Shown: positions 19,078 through 29,657 of the stretch, in pieces | How the letters are laid out: every line of letters begins with the position of its first letter | How positions within the stretch are numbered: the first letter of the stretch is position 1 | Assembly: GCA_034670305.1 (NCBI GenBank) | Contig: JAXMNT010000024.1 | Span: 44,658 to 108,657, forward strand | Reading direction: 5' to 3' | Length of the DNA stretch: 64,000 nt | From: Deltaproteobacteria bacterium | GTDB lineage: Bacteria; Myxococcota_A; Polyangia; Polyangiales; Houyiibacteriaceae | Notes under the pieces: generated by a model | What the model was told of the DNA's origin: nothing | The model's input: only the letters and a program-made list of their open reading frames with translations | Databases searched by the model: none | Position numbers and translations under genes: made by a program

Positions 19078-21483
19078 TTACTCGGCGGTGGCTTCTTCTT
19101 CTTCGGTCGAGGGCACGGTGAACTGGACACCGGGCGCTGCGATGGGGGTGGTGGAGCGGCGGTTGGACATGCCGAGGAAGCCGCCGCCGCCGCCGATGGG
19201 CGTGGAGCCGGCGCAGGAGACGTTGCCGGCGGCGTGGAGGGCGCAGCAGAAGTTCCAGCCGCAGCCGGCTTCGACGATGTTGCCGAAGGCGGCGACGGCC
19301 GGATCGTTGTCGCGCAGCCATTCCCACGGCGCGGTCACGTCGTCGGTCTCGGACTCGTTGTGGCCCGTCTGACCGAAGTCGTTCGCGCCCCAGCAGCGCA
19401 TGGTGCCGTCTCGCAGGGGCGCGCAGGAGGAGTCCGCGATGTTGCCGAGCGAGGCGACGTTGCGCAGTCCGCGCACCGCGACGGGCGAGGTGGCGTTGTT
19501 GTCGCGGCCGGTCTTGCCGTCGCCGATCTGTCCGTCTTCGTTCGAGCCCCAGCACATGACCGTGCCGCCGCGGCGAAGCGCGCAGGCGTTGTAGCTCGCG
19601 CCGCCGATGTCGGTGGCGTCGGTGATGCCCGAGACCTGGACGGGCGTGGGCGAGGAGTCGGTCGCGCCGTTGCCGATCTGACCGTAGCTGCCGGAGCCCC
19701 AGCAGAAGACCTTGCCCTCGTTGTTGCGGGCGCAGAGCGACGAGGTGCCGATGGTGATCTCTTCGATGCCGGTGAAGTCCGGGATGCGCGCCGGCTCCAT
19801 CGTGGCTTCGCCGCGGGAGCCGCGACCGAGCTCGCCGCCGTTGTTGTTGCCCCAGCAGGAGACGCCGTCGTCGGCATGCACGACGCAGCCGACCATGCCG
19901 TAGGCGGTGCCGCCGACCGCCACGTACTTCGCGTCGGTGATGCCCTCGATCGGGATCGGGAGGCTCGTGGAGAGTCGGCCGGAGAGGTTGCCCCAGCAGG
20001 CGACCTGCCCGTTCTTGCGGAGCGCGCAGGTGCGTCCGAGACCGGTCGCGACCTGTACCGCGTCGGTGATGCCGTCGACGGGGGTGCCGCCGGTCGAGGG
20101 GTTCGGGCGGCTCGAGCCGGTGCCGAGCCGTCCTTCGGACCCTTCGCCGAAGCAGTAGACGCGGCCGTCCTGGATGCCGCAGACCTGGTGGCTGCCCACC
20201 GCGAAGTGCAACGCGTATTCGAGGTCGCCTTCGCCCGCCGCGAAGGTTGCGCGGGTGCTGGGCGTGGCTTCGAGCGCCGCGATGTTCGCGATGACCTCAC
20301 CGGCCTCGTGGAGCGAGTGCGGGTCGCCGTTGCCGAGCCGTCCGTCGCCGGCGGTGCCCCAGCAGATGAGCTTCTGCTCGGCGGTGATCGCACAGGCGTG
20401 GGTGTCGCCGGTCTGGATGCGCGCGGCGCCGGCCAATCCGGTGACCGCGGTCGGCGTCGGGATGTTGCCCTCTTCCGAACCGACGGCGAGGAGCTTCGCG
20501 GTGTAGTTGTTGTAGCCCCAGCACTTCACTTCGCCGGTGGCCAAGAGCGCGCAGCTGCGGCGGGTGCCGAGTGCGAGCTGGCTGACGCCGGTCAACGCGG
20601 GCACGGCGACCGGTGCGGTGGCCTTCTTGCCGGAGCCCTCTTCGCCGTTGCCGAGCTGGCCGGCGTCGTTCTGACCCCAGCAGTGCACGCCCGCGGCGGT
20701 GAGCGCGCAGGTGTGGTTGCCACCCGCGGCGACCTGGGTGACGCCGGTGAGTCCGGCGGCTTCGACCGGGGTGTTGGAGTTGCGCGAGGTCTCGCCGCCG
20801 CTGCCGAGCTGACCCTGGGAACCGCCGCCCCAGCAGCTGACCTGGCCACCGGTGCGGTGGGCGCAGGCGTGTCCGCGGCCGGCGCTGATCGACGCGGCGT
20901 CCGCGAGGGCTTGCACGGCGACCGGCGACGTGGAGTCGTTGGTGCTGCCGTTGCCGAGCTGTCCTTCGTTGTTGCGGCCCCAGCACTGCACGGCGGTGCC
21001 GATCCGGGCGCACGTGAAGCTGTGACCGGCCTGGACCTCGTCCACGCCGCTCAGACCCGCGACGGCGACCGGCACGTGCGTGACGTCCGTGTTCCCCGAA
21101 CCGAGCTGGCCGTAGTTGTTGTTGCCCCAGCAGGACACGGAGCCATCGCGGCGAAGTGCGCAGGTGTGCGCGTTGCCGCAGGTGATCGCCTTGGCGTCGG
21201 TCAGGCCCGACACGGGCACCCAGTTCCACCGGGTCTGCCCCGTGCTGTCACCGAGTTCGCCGTCGAGGTTGCGCCCGGCGCAGACCACTTCCCCGCTCGC
21301 CTTCATCACGCAGGTGTGACGAGCGGCCGCACAGACCTGGGGTTCGATCGGGGGAGGGGCCGCTTCGGTGGGCGTGCCGGTCGTGCCCTCTGTGCTTTCG
21401 GTGCCCTCGGGCGCCGCTTCTTCTCCACCACATGCCACGCCCAACAGCGACAGCACCACGATCGTCATCCACGTCATTCTCAT
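19078..21483 (-). CDS. RCC1/BLIP-II repeat lipoprotein (probably two beta-propellers)
   Basis: Lipobox GVAC; many repeats of G..HTCAL...G.V.CWG.N..GQLG. Confidence 0.92.
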   Translation of the reverse strand: MRMTWMTIVVLSLLGVACGGEEAAPEGTESTEGTTGTPTEAAPPPIEPQVCAAARHTCVMKASGEVVCAGRNLDGELGDSTGQTRWNWVPVSGLTDAKAITCGNAHTCALRRDGSVSCWGNNNYGQLGSGNTDVTHVPVAVAGLSGVDEVQAGHSFTCARIGTAVQCWGRNNEGQLGNGSTNDSTSPVAVQALADAASISAGRGHACAHRTGGQVSCWGGGSQGQLGSGGETSRNSNTPVEAAGLTGVTQVAAGGNHTCALTAAGVHCWGQNDAGQLGNGEEGSGKKATAPVAVPALTGVSQLALGTRRSCALLATGEVKCWGYNNYTAKLLAVGSEEGNIPTPTAVTGLAGAARIQTGDTHACAITAEQKLICWGTAGDGRLGNGDPHSLHEAGEVIANIAALEATPSTRATFAAGEGDLEYALHFAVGSHQVCGIQDGRVYCFGEGSEGRLGTGSSRPNPSTGGTPVDGITDAVQVATGLGRTCALRKNGQVACWGNLSGRLSTSLPIPIEGITDAKYVAVGGTAYGMVGCVVHADDGVSCWGNNNGGELGRGSRGEATMEPARIPDFTGIEEITIGTSSLCARNNEGKVFCWGSGSYGQIGNGATDSSPTPVQVSGITDATDIGGASYNACALRRGGTVMCWGSNEDGQIGDGKTGRDNNATSPVAVRGLRNVASLGNIADSSCAPLRDGTMRCWGANDFGQTGHNESETDDVTAPWEWLRDNDPAVAAFGNIVEAGCGWNFCCALHAAGNVSCAGSTPIGGGGGFLGMSNRRSTTPIAAPGVQFTVPSTEEEEATAE

Positions 21484-21645
21484 CTTGGAAGTCCCCTTTG
21501 CGAGGCCACCCAGGCCCCAAGCGGCGCTTGTAGAACGTGGTTCAGTTTTACGGAAGCACCATTTCTCCGTCGTCGAAGCAGCCCGCCGGGACACGAGGTG
21601 CGGGTGTGGGCAGTTTCGGAGGTCGCGTGATAAGGGAGGCGCAAG

Positions 21646-24321
21646 ATGGCCGACGAAGACGAGACCGCGCGATACACACCCGCTGACATCGAACCGCGCT
21701 GGCAGGCGTTCTGGGCGAAAGACGACACCTTCCGCACCCCGGAGTCGCCGGGCGACAAGCGCCTCTACCTGCTGGACATGTTTCCTTACCCGTCCGGCAA
21801 CGGACTGCACGTCGGTCACCCGCTCGGCTACACCGCGACCGACATCCTCGCGCGCGCCAAACGCGCCCAGGGCTACGACGTGCTCCACCCGATGGGATTC
21901 GATGCGTTCGGTCTGCCGGCCGAGCAGCACGCGGTGAAGACCGGCACCCATCCGGCCAAGAAGACCGCGGAGAACGTCGCGGTGTTTCGGGCGCAGCTCA
22001 AGGCGCTGGGCTTCAGCTACGACTGGTCCCGCGAGGTCAACACCACCGATCCGAAGTACGTGCGCTGGACGCAGTGGATCTTCCTCGAGCTCTTCAAGCG
22101 GGGACTGGCGTACCAGTCGGAGGTGCGGGTGAACTGGTGTCCCGCGCTCGGCACGGTGCTGGCGAACGAAGAGGTGATCGACGGACGCAGCGAGCGTGGC
22201 AACCACCCGGTGGAGCGCCGCGCGATTCGCCAGTGGGTGTTGAAGATCACCGAGTACGCGGACCGTTTGCTCGACGGCCTCGACGACGTCGACTGGCCGA
22301 CCTCGACCCGCACGATGCAGCAGGAGTGGATCGGCAAGAGCCAGGGCGCCGAGGTCGCGTTTCAAGCGGACACCCCCGATGGACCGCAGCCCCTGCTCGT
22401 CTACACGACGCGCCCGGACACGCTCTTCGGCGCGACGTTCATGGTGCTCGCGCCGGAACACCCGATGGTGCAGACGCTGACCACCGAGGCGCAGCGCGCA
22501 GCGGTCGAGGCCTACGTCGAGCAAGCGAAGCACAAGAGCGACGTCGACCGGCAGAAGACGAAGACCGGCGTGTTCACCGGCGGCTTCGCCGAGAACCCGG
22601 TGACCGGCACCAAGGTGCCGGTCTGGATCGCCGACTACGTGCTCTGGGGCTACGGGACGGGGGCCATCATGGCGGTGCCGGCACACGACCAGCGCGACCT
22701 CGAGTTCGCGCGCACCTACGATCTTCCGGTCGTCGAAGTCGTGAGCGCGGATGGCACCCCGAGCGGCGAGATCGAGACCGCGGTGGCGGACGCGGGCATC
22801 GCGCTGAACAGCGGCAAGTACGACGGTCAGAAGACCGAGGACATGAAGAAGGCGATCATCGCCGACCTCGAAGCGGCCGGACAGGGCAACGGACGCACCC
22901 AGTACAAACTCCGCGACTGGATCTTCAGCCGCCAGCGCTACTGGGGCGAGCCGATCCCGATCTATTTTCCGGTCACCCTCTCAGAGGGCGTCACCGATCC
23001 GAGGAAGGGCGAGGAGGGCGTCGACTTCGTGGTGGACTACGACGGAGCCATCGCGGTGGAGGCGGATGCGCTCCCGGTCGAACTTCCGGAACTGGACGAC
23101 TACCGGCCCGGTGAGGATCCGCGCGGCGTGCTCGCCCGAGTGCAGGACTGGCGGCTCTTCGAACGCGACGGACAGTGGTTCGCGCGCGAGACGAACACGA
23201 TGCCGCAGTGGGCCGGTTCCTGCTGGTACTACCTGCGCTACTGCGACCCGCACAACGACCAGCTCGCCTGGTCGGAAGAAGCGGCCTCGCGCTGGCTGCC
23301 GGTGGATCTCTACGTAGGCGGCGCCGAACACGCGGTGCTCCATCTGCTCTACGCGCGCTTCTGGCACATGGTGCTCTACGACGCGGGCTACATCCCGAAG
23401 CACGCGCCCGAGCCGTTCGCGAAGCTCGTACACCAGGGCATGCTGCTCGGTGAAGTCGAGATCTACGGATACGAGGGCGCCGACGGACCGGTGGCGCTGG
23501 AGTTCGTCCAGGAGACCGACGACGGCGTGTTCGTCGATGGCCGCGATCAGTCTCCGCTCACCCGCAAGGCGCTCAGCGAAGCCGACGTGCAGAAGAAGGG
23601 AAGCGCGCTGTCGTGGAAGGGCACGGACGTGCCGGTGCTCGCCAAGGCGTTCAAGATGAGCAAGTCGCGTGGCAACGTGATCAACCCGGACGACATCATC
23701 CGGGAACACGGCGCCGATGCCCTGCGCGTCTACGAGATGTTCATGGGGCCGCTCGAGGCCACGAAACCCTGGAACACCGCGAACATCGCGGGCGTCAGCC
23801 GCTTTCTCGAACGGGCGTGGCGGCTCGCCTCGCAGGCCGAGGACGTGCCGTGCGACGACGCGCTGGAGAAGTCGACGCACAAGTGCATCGACAAGGTCAC
23901 CGGCGACATCGAACACATGCGCTTCAATACCGCCATCAGCGCCATGATGGTGCTCTCGAGCGAGCTCGCGAAACAAAAGCCTCCGCCCAAGTCGGGCGTG
24001 TCGCGGCTCGCGCAGCTGCTGCATCCGTTCGCGCCGCACCTCGGCGAAGAGATGTGGCATCTGCTCGGCCACGAAGGGTCCATTCAGCGCGCGCCGTGGC
24101 CCGTCGCCGATCCGGAGAAGTTGATCGACTCGGAGGTCGAAGTGCCGGTCCAGGTCAACGGCAAGAAGCGAGGGGTCGTGCACTTGTCGCCGGACGCCGA
24201 CGAAGCGACTGCACTCGCGGCGGCGAAAGAGGTGCCCAACGTCGCGGAGCTTCTCGAGGGCAAGACACTGCGCAAGACCATCTGGGTCCCCGGACGGATC
24301 CTGAACCTGATCGTCGGCTAG
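21646..24321 (+). CDS. leuS: leucine--tRNA ligase
   Basis: MFPYPSG.GLHVGH, TTRPDT editing domain, YGTGAIMAVPAHDQRD, SRQRYWGEPIP, KMSKS, QVNGK. Confidence 0.99.
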   Translation: MADEDETARYTPADIEPRWQAFWAKDDTFRTPESPGDKRLYLLDMFPYPSGNGLHVGHPLGYTATDILARAKRAQGYDVLHPMGFDAFGLPAEQHAVKTGTHPAKKTAENVAVFRAQLKALGFSYDWSREVNTTDPKYVRWTQWIFLELFKRGLAYQSEVRVNWCPALGTVLANEEVIDGRSERGNHPVERRAIRQWVLKITEYADRLLDGLDDVDWPTSTRTMQQEWIGKSQGAEVAFQADTPDGPQPLLVYTTRPDTLFGATFMVLAPEHPMVQTLTTEAQRAAVEAYVEQAKHKSDVDRQKTKTGVFTGGFAENPVTGTKVPVWIADYVLWGYGTGAIMAVPAHDQRDLEFARTYDLPVVEVVSADGTPSGEIETAVADAGIALNSGKYDGQKTEDMKKAIIADLEAAGQGNGRTQYKLRDWIFSRQRYWGEPIPIYFPVTLSEGVTDPRKGEEGVDFVVDYDGAIAVEADALPVELPELDDYRPGEDPRGVLARVQDWRLFERDGQWFARETNTMPQWAGSCWYYLRYCDPHNDQLAWSEEAASRWLPVDLYVGGAEHAVLHLLYARFWHMVLYDAGYIPKHAPEPFAKLVHQGMLLGEVEIYGYEGADGPVALEFVQETDDGVFVDGRDQSPLTRKALSEADVQKKGSALSWKGTDVPVLAKAFKMSKSRGNVINPDDIIREHGADALRVYEMFMGPLEATKPWNTANIAGVSRFLERAWRLASQAEDVPCDDALEKSTHKCIDKVTGDIEHMRFNTAISAMMVLSSELAKQKPPPKSGVSRLAQLLHPFAPHLGEEMWHLLGHEGSIQRAPWPVADPEKLIDSEVEVPVQVNGKKRGVVHLSPDADEATALAAAKEVPNVAELLEGKTLRKTIWVPGRILNLIVG

Positions 24322-24326
24322 AGGAC

Positions 24327-25514
24327 GTGGCTCGGTCGGTCACGCGCGCGTTCGCTCGCACCGGAGTGCTTCTGGCGTTCTGGATGGGCGCGGTCCCGGT
24401 GCATGCCTGGCACGTCCTGCCTCCAGGCGCGGATGGGTGGCGCGGGCGTGAGGCCATCCGCGGCGTGACGATCGGCCCCATCGAGTCCATTCAACAACCC
24501 GGCCGTGGCTACGGGAGCGAAGCCTCGGGGCGGCTCTTGGATCACTTGGCGGCGATGGGTGCGAACTGGGTCTCGCTGACGCCCTTCGGCCGGGTGTGGG
24601 GACTCGAGGACACCCAGATCCAGATGGACTTCGAGGCGCCGTACGAGACGAACCGGCAGGACGTGCGGCGCATGATCGAGATGGCGCATGCGCGCGGCCT
24701 CAAGGTGCTGCTGATCCCACACCTCTGGGTCGAGACCGAAGGCTGGCGCGGCGAGATGGCGCCGACCGATTGGGAGACCTACCAACAGAGCTACCGGGCA
24801 TTCGTGATGGCCTGGGCGCGCGACGCGGCCGCGGCCGGCGCCGATGGGTTCAGCATCGGCGTCGAGTGCAAGAGTTGGTCGGGGCGGTTCGGACGCTACT
24901 GGCGTTCGCTCATCGACGAAGTCCGGTCGGTGTTCCCCGGAATGCTCACGTACAGCAGCAACTGGGACGAAGCGGAAGATGTGCTCTTCTGGGATCAGCT
25001 GGATCTCATCGGCATCAACGCGTTCTACCCGCTGCACCACGAAGACGACGCGAGCGACGAAGCCTACGCAGCCGGCGCGCGTGCGATCGTGCCGAGCGTC
25101 GAGGCGCTGGCGGAGACGCTTCAGATGCCCGTGCTCTTCGTCGAAGTCGGCTACACGACACGCGCCAACGCGGCGGTGCAGCCATGGCTGTGGCCGGACG
25201 GCATGGAAGGCGTCGTCGTCGACGAGCGCGAGCAGGCGAGGGCGCTTGCCGCGAGCTTCGATGCGTTTCTGGAACACGAGTGGTTCGCGGGCTTCTTCCT
25301 GTGGCGCTACTACGCGACGCTCGAAGACATCTCCCAGGAGAACATTTGGGGCTTCTCGCCCCATGCGAAGATCGCCGAACCGATGCTGATCGAGGTGTTC
25401 GACGCCCAGTTCGGGGTCGAGACGCTTCGGTGGCCGTGGGACCCCGAGTTCGAGGGCCCCTGGCAATCCGAGCCGCTGCTCTCGCCGGCCCCGTCGCTGG
25501 CGGAGTGGCGCTGA
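24327..25514 (+). CDS. TIM-barrel glycoside hydrolase-like protein (GH113/GTA-TIM-like)
   Basis: AHARGLKVLLIPHLW, IGVE, LTYSSNWD, FWDQLDLIGINAFYPL, PVLFVEVGY, WFAGFFLW. Confidence 0.78.
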   Translation: MARSVTRAFARTGVLLAFWMGAVPVHAWHVLPPGADGWRGREAIRGVTIGPIESIQQPGRGYGSEASGRLLDHLAAMGANWVSLTPFGRVWGLEDTQIQMDFEAPYETNRQDVRRMIEMAHARGLKVLLIPHLWVETEGWRGEMAPTDWETYQQSYRAFVMAWARDAAAAGADGFSIGVECKSWSGRFGRYWRSLIDEVRSVFPGMLTYSSNWDEAEDVLFWDQLDLIGINAFYPLHHEDDASDEAYAAGARAIVPSVEALAETLQMPVLFVEVGYTTRANAAVQPWLWPDGMEGVVVDEREQARALAASFDAFLEHEWFAGFFLWRYYATLEDISQENIWGFSPHAKIAEPMLIEVFDAQFGVETLRWPWDPEFEGPWQSEPLLSPAPSLAEWR

Positions 25515-25577
25515 CACCTTCGGTGCCCGGTCATCCCGGTGGTGTGCCCCATCGCCGCCTGCCCGCTGAGCGTCGCG

Positions 25578-25630
25578 GTGTTCCGCGCAGTGTTCCGCGC
25601 AGTGTTCCGCGCAGTCTTCCGCGCAGTGTG
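25578..25630. repeat. 12-bp tandem repeat (GTGTTCCGCGCA) x about 4
   Basis: Direct reading; one unit has GTCTTC. Confidence 0.85.
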
Positions 25631-25727
25631 CCTGGTCTCATTGGCCGCTTCCCGCACCCGTAGTATCAGTGCGGGGTGTGGTGACGAACGTCCGGTGTGT
25701 GGTCGGACGCAGAGGATGGTGTGTGTG

Positions 25728-27950
25728 ATGCTTGATCGTAGAACGTGCGGACGCCTCGGCGCCGCCATGTGTGCTGTGCTCGTGTTCGGAGTCGCGCCTG
25801 GTCGCGCGCAGCTCCTCGACCCGAACGAGGATGGCCTTCGACCGCCGATGCAGCGCGTGGAGACCTCCGGCGCGACGGTCCTCCGTCTGTTTCACCAGCC
25901 GGTGTCCCCTGGGGATCCGGTGGTGGCTGCGCGTGCGGTCCTCGCATCGGTCTCGGGCGCCGCGCATCTCGAGGGCATGGACCTGCGTCCCCGCCGCGTT
26001 CTGCGTGCGCATGGCGTGACCGTGGTGCGCTTCGATCGCTACGCGTTCGATCTCCCGGTTCTGTCGGCCGCCGTCAACGTGCGGTTCGATTCGCAGATGC
26101 GCGCGGAGAGTGTGATTCTGGCAGCGGGATCCGAGGCCGTGGAGCCGCCGCCGGTCGAACCGATCGAGGCGCCCCGGGCCAGCGCCGTGCGCGCCCTCGG
26201 CTGGGTGGCCGCCCGCCCGGTGGGGACCCGCCTGGTCGCGTTCGACGATGGCGAAATCGTCCGGGCCACTTGGGAGATCGAAGTCCAGGGCGCCTTGCAC
26301 GAGCGGGCGTTTGTGTACTTCGACGCCCGGAGCGGAGACGAGATCGCACGGAAGTCGATCCTTCGTCACGACCACGGCCGCGTGTGGGACCCGAACCCCG
26401 TCGCCAGCGACGACATGCCGATCGACGTCGAGCTTCAGAACCTCACGAGCAACCGTTTTCTCACCGGCCGCTACGTGCGCGCCCAGTCTTGCGACCCGGG
26501 CGGCGCCGGTTCCTGTGTGCCGACCCAGCGGGCGGTGGCGGACGCCGAGGGGCACTGGCTCTACGATCCCGACGAACCTTCGTACGAAGACGAGTTCGTC
26601 GAGACGAACCTCTACCACCACTCCGATGTGGTCGCCGGCTACTTCCGGGACACCCACGCCTTCGAGTGGACCTGCTGCGACTCCAGCTCGATCATCGAGG
26701 CCATCGGCAACTACGTCGAGCGTGGCGGTCGCCCCTACGACAACGCGTTCTACTCGCCGTCTGCATGCAGCCGCGACCAGTGCGCCATCATGGCGTTCGG
26801 TCAGGGCAACCGCATCGACTTCGGCTACGACGGCGACGTCGTCTACCACGAGTTCACGCACGGCATCGTGGACGTCACGGCGAACCTGGACATGTTCATC
26901 ATCGATCGGGAGCTGGGCATCAGTTACGAGCCGGGCGCACTCAACGAGGGCTACTCGGACTACTTCTCGTCCACCATCACCGGGGACCCGCAGCTCGCCG
27001 ACTACGTTTCCAGTGGCGGCGGTGGCGGCGAAGCCTCGCTTCGCGATCTCTCGAGCGGACTCGTGTGTCCGGGCGATCTGTTCGGAGAGGTGCACGCGGA
27101 CGGAACGATCTGGGGCGGCGCCCTCTGGACGGTCCGCGAACGCATTGGTGCGGAGAAGGCGGACGCGGTGGCCTTTGCAGCGCTTCTGACCCTCTCACCC
27201 ACCGCGACCCTCGATGAGGCCGCGACGCTCGTCGTCAGCACCGCAGAGATGCTCGATGCCCTCGACGACAGCGATCGTGCCGCGGTGACCGCGGTGATGG
27301 AAGAGCGCGGATTGCTCGGGTGCCGGCGCATCGTGCCGATCGAAGAAGGTCGGGCGCACGGCGGCTACAGCGGCGTCGAGTTCGCGACGGGCAGCCTGGG
27401 CGCGGGCGTGGTGCCGCTCCACTACTCGATCGAGATCCCGGTGGACGCGACCAGTCTCACCATTCGCATCCGCAACCTCACCCCCGCGGGCGTCTACGAT
27501 CTCTACCTGAAGACCGGCTCGCCGGTGGCGTACATCGGCCCACGCACGCCTGGGCTCATCGGCGACACCTCGTTCGAGGCGGCCCGCGTCGTCGCGCTTC
27601 GGGAGGGCACCGACTACCCGCTGCCGCGATGCCAGACGCTGTACATGGCGCTCCGCGCAACCGACCTGAACACCGCGGGTCAGAGCATCTACACGATCGC
27701 GGCCGAGATCGAACGCAGCGGCGATCTTTCGGCCGAGTGTCCCGTGATCATGGAGGACGCCGGCATGGATCCGGACGCCGGCACCGTGGAGGACGCGGGG
27801 GTCGCAGAGGACGCCGGGACCGAGCCTCCGGCCGACGAGGGAGGCTGCGGATGCCGCATTCTCGGCGCCGGCGCGCCAGATCCGGCTTCGAGCGCGGCCG
27901 GTTTGGGACTATTCGCGCTGCTCATGTGGCGGCGCGTCAGGCGTCGCTGA
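25728..27950 (+). CDS. secreted thermolysin/fungalysin-like (M4/M36) zinc metallopeptidase with MYXO-CTERM-like tail
   Basis: DNAFY, HEFTH, ALNEGYSD, GEVHADG.IW; C-terminal GGCGC...TM-RRVRRR. Confidence 0.88.
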   Translation: MLDRRTCGRLGAAMCAVLVFGVAPGRAQLLDPNEDGLRPPMQRVETSGATVLRLFHQPVSPGDPVVAARAVLASVSGAAHLEGMDLRPRRVLRAHGVTVVRFDRYAFDLPVLSAAVNVRFDSQMRAESVILAAGSEAVEPPPVEPIEAPRASAVRALGWVAARPVGTRLVAFDDGEIVRATWEIEVQGALHERAFVYFDARSGDEIARKSILRHDHGRVWDPNPVASDDMPIDVELQNLTSNRFLTGRYVRAQSCDPGGAGSCVPTQRAVADAEGHWLYDPDEPSYEDEFVETNLYHHSDVVAGYFRDTHAFEWTCCDSSSIIEAIGNYVERGGRPYDNAFYSPSACSRDQCAIMAFGQGNRIDFGYDGDVVYHEFTHGIVDVTANLDMFIIDRELGISYEPGALNEGYSDYFSSTITGDPQLADYVSSGGGGGEASLRDLSSGLVCPGDLFGEVHADGTIWGGALWTVRERIGAEKADAVAFAALLTLSPTATLDEAATLVVSTAEMLDALDDSDRAAVTAVMEERGLLGCRRIVPIEEGRAHGGYSGVEFATGSLGAGVVPLHYSIEIPVDATSLTIRIRNLTPAGVYDLYLKTGSPVAYIGPRTPGLIGDTSFEAARVVALREGTDYPLPRCQTLYMALRATDLNTAGQSIYTIAAEIERSGDLSAECPVIMEDAGMDPDAGTVEDAGVAEDAGTEPPADEGGCGCRILGAGAPDPASSAAGLGLFALLMWRRVRRR

Positions 27951-28087
27951 GTGCAATTGCTGCAAATTCGCAACATCGTGGACGAATTGGGGACGCCCCT
28001 TCAGGGATAGCGCTTGTCCTGGCGTGTCCGATTCTGGTACCACCACAGGCTCCCGGGCACCCGCTCGGGACTCTTTCGGAGGAGTGG

Positions 28088-28570
28088 ATGACGAACCCTC
28101 AGATGGTGATGTACGAGGAGGAGTTCAACCAGATCAAGACGATCGTCGATCGTCTGGTCCGGGAGGCGAACGCCCAAGTCGTGTTCATCATCGACAAGAA
28201 CGGTCAGCTCATCGCAGCGGCGGGCGAGACCGAACAGATCGACACAACCTCACTCGCGTCTCTGACCGCAGGCAACATCGCCGCGACGGGGGGCATCGCC
28301 AAGTTGCTTCGCGAGAACGAGTTCACCACCCAGTTCCATGAAGGCGAACGGGCCAACATCCAGATCAAGCTGGTGGGCAACCGGGTCATTCTGGTGGTGA
28401 TCTTCGACAACAAGACGAGCCTCGGTCTCGTGCGCCTTCGGGTGAAGAAAGCGAGCGAGGAGCTGGACACCATCTTTGCGGTGCTGGTGGCGAAGGTCCA
28501 AGACCCGAACCACGAGACGCCATTCGCCGAAATCACCGACGACGACATCGACAACCTGTTCAACGACTGA
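28088..28570 (+). CDS. mglB: gliding motility GAP MglB (roadblock/LC7 fold)
   Basis: MVMYEEEFNQI, DKNGQLIA, DTTSLASLTAGNIAATGG, SLGLVRLRVKKAS, FAEITDDDIDNLF. Confidence 0.97.
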   Translation: MTNPQMVMYEEEFNQIKTIVDRLVREANAQVVFIIDKNGQLIAAAGETEQIDTTSLASLTAGNIAATGGIAKLLRENEFTTQFHEGERANIQIKLVGNRVILVVIFDNKTSLGLVRLRVKKASEELDTIFAVLVAKVQDPNHETPFAEITDDDIDNLFND

Positions 28571-28588
28571 ACGCGAAGAGGATCAACG

Positions 28589-29203
28589 ATGTCGTTCATC
28601 AACTACCTGTCGCGCGAGATCAACTGCAAGATCGTCTACTACGGGCCTGGGCTCTGTGGAAAAACGACGAACCTGCAGTACATCTACAATAAGACGAACC
28701 CCGAAGCGAAAGGCAAGATGATCAGCCTCGCGACGGAGACCGAGCGAACGCTCTTCTTCGACTTTCTCCCGCTCGCGCTGGGCGAAATCCGAGGGTTCAA
28801 GACGCGCTTTCACCTCTACACCGTGCCTGGCCAGGTCTTCTACGACGCGAGTCGGAAGCTGATCCTCAAGGGTGTGGACGGTGTCGTGTTCGTCGCGGAT
28901 TCCCAAATTGCTCGTATGGAAGCGAACATCGAATCCATCGAGAACCTCCGCACCAACCTCGCGGAGCAGGGGTACAGCCTCGACAAGCTTCCCTACGTGA
29001 TTCAGTACAACAAGCGCGATATGCCGGCGATCGCACCGGTGGAAGAACTGCGCCAGGTACTGAACCCGCACGGAATCCCCGACTTCGAAGGTGTCGCCGT
29101 CAACGGCGACGGTGTCTTCGAGACGCTCAAAGCCATCGCCAAACTCGTGCTCACCGAGCTCAAACGCGGTGGGGCCGGGGCTGGCGGAACGCCGGGTCGG
29201 TGA
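28589..29203 (+). CDS. mglA: gliding motility small GTPase MglA
   Basis: [51 protein letters not shown]. Confidence 0.98.
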   Translation: MSFINYLSREINCKIVYYGPGLCGKTTNLQYIYNKTNPEAKGKMISLATETERTLFFDFLPLALGEIRGFKTRFHLYTVPGQVFYDASRKLILKGVDGVVFVADSQIARMEANIESIENLRTNLAEQGYSLDKLPYVIQYNKRDMPAIAPVEELRQVLNPHGIPDFEGVAVNGDGVFETLKAIAKLVLTELKRGGAGAGGTPGR

Positions 29204-29565
29204 TGACCTGCGGCACCATGGTGTCGCGGCTCTCGACCCTGGTGTCGCGGCTCGCGCTCGTCGCCGTCGTCCTTCTCTGCGGTTGCGGCGAGGGCCCACC
29301 CACGAGTGCATTCGAGCTCGCGGGGTTCGTTCGAGCGGCCGGCACCGAGACGGCGGTCTCGGGGGCACGGGTGCGGTTCGTGTCCGACACCCTGTACGAA
29401 GTCGAGACGACGACGAATGGGGACGGGTTCTACGAGATGACCGTGGAGACCGATGCCCCCTTCGGCCAGGTCCGCGCCGAACACGCCGAGTACCAGCCGC
29501 GGGAGACCACGGTGTTCTTCGACTCCCCGTCGCGGCGCGTCGACCTCATCGTCCGCCCTCTCTGA
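29203..29565 (+). CDS. small lipoprotein, carboxypeptidase-regulatory-like (prealbumin-type) domain
   Basis: LLCGC lipobox-like; VSGARV..TTTNGDGFY motif; abuts the mglA stop. Confidence 0.65.
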   Translation: MTCGTMVSRLSTLVSRLALVAVVLLCGCGEGPPTSAFELAGFVRAAGTETAVSGARVRFVSDTLYEVETTTNGDGFYEMTVETDAPFGQVRAEHAEYQPRETTVFFDSPSRRVDLIVRPL

Positions 29566-29657
29566 GTTGACTTCGCGGCGGCTGGGCCGGAGTGAGGATC
29601 GCGTAGACCATTGCCGTGACCCTCGTGGGTCCCTACGGTGCAAGGGTGACATTCGCG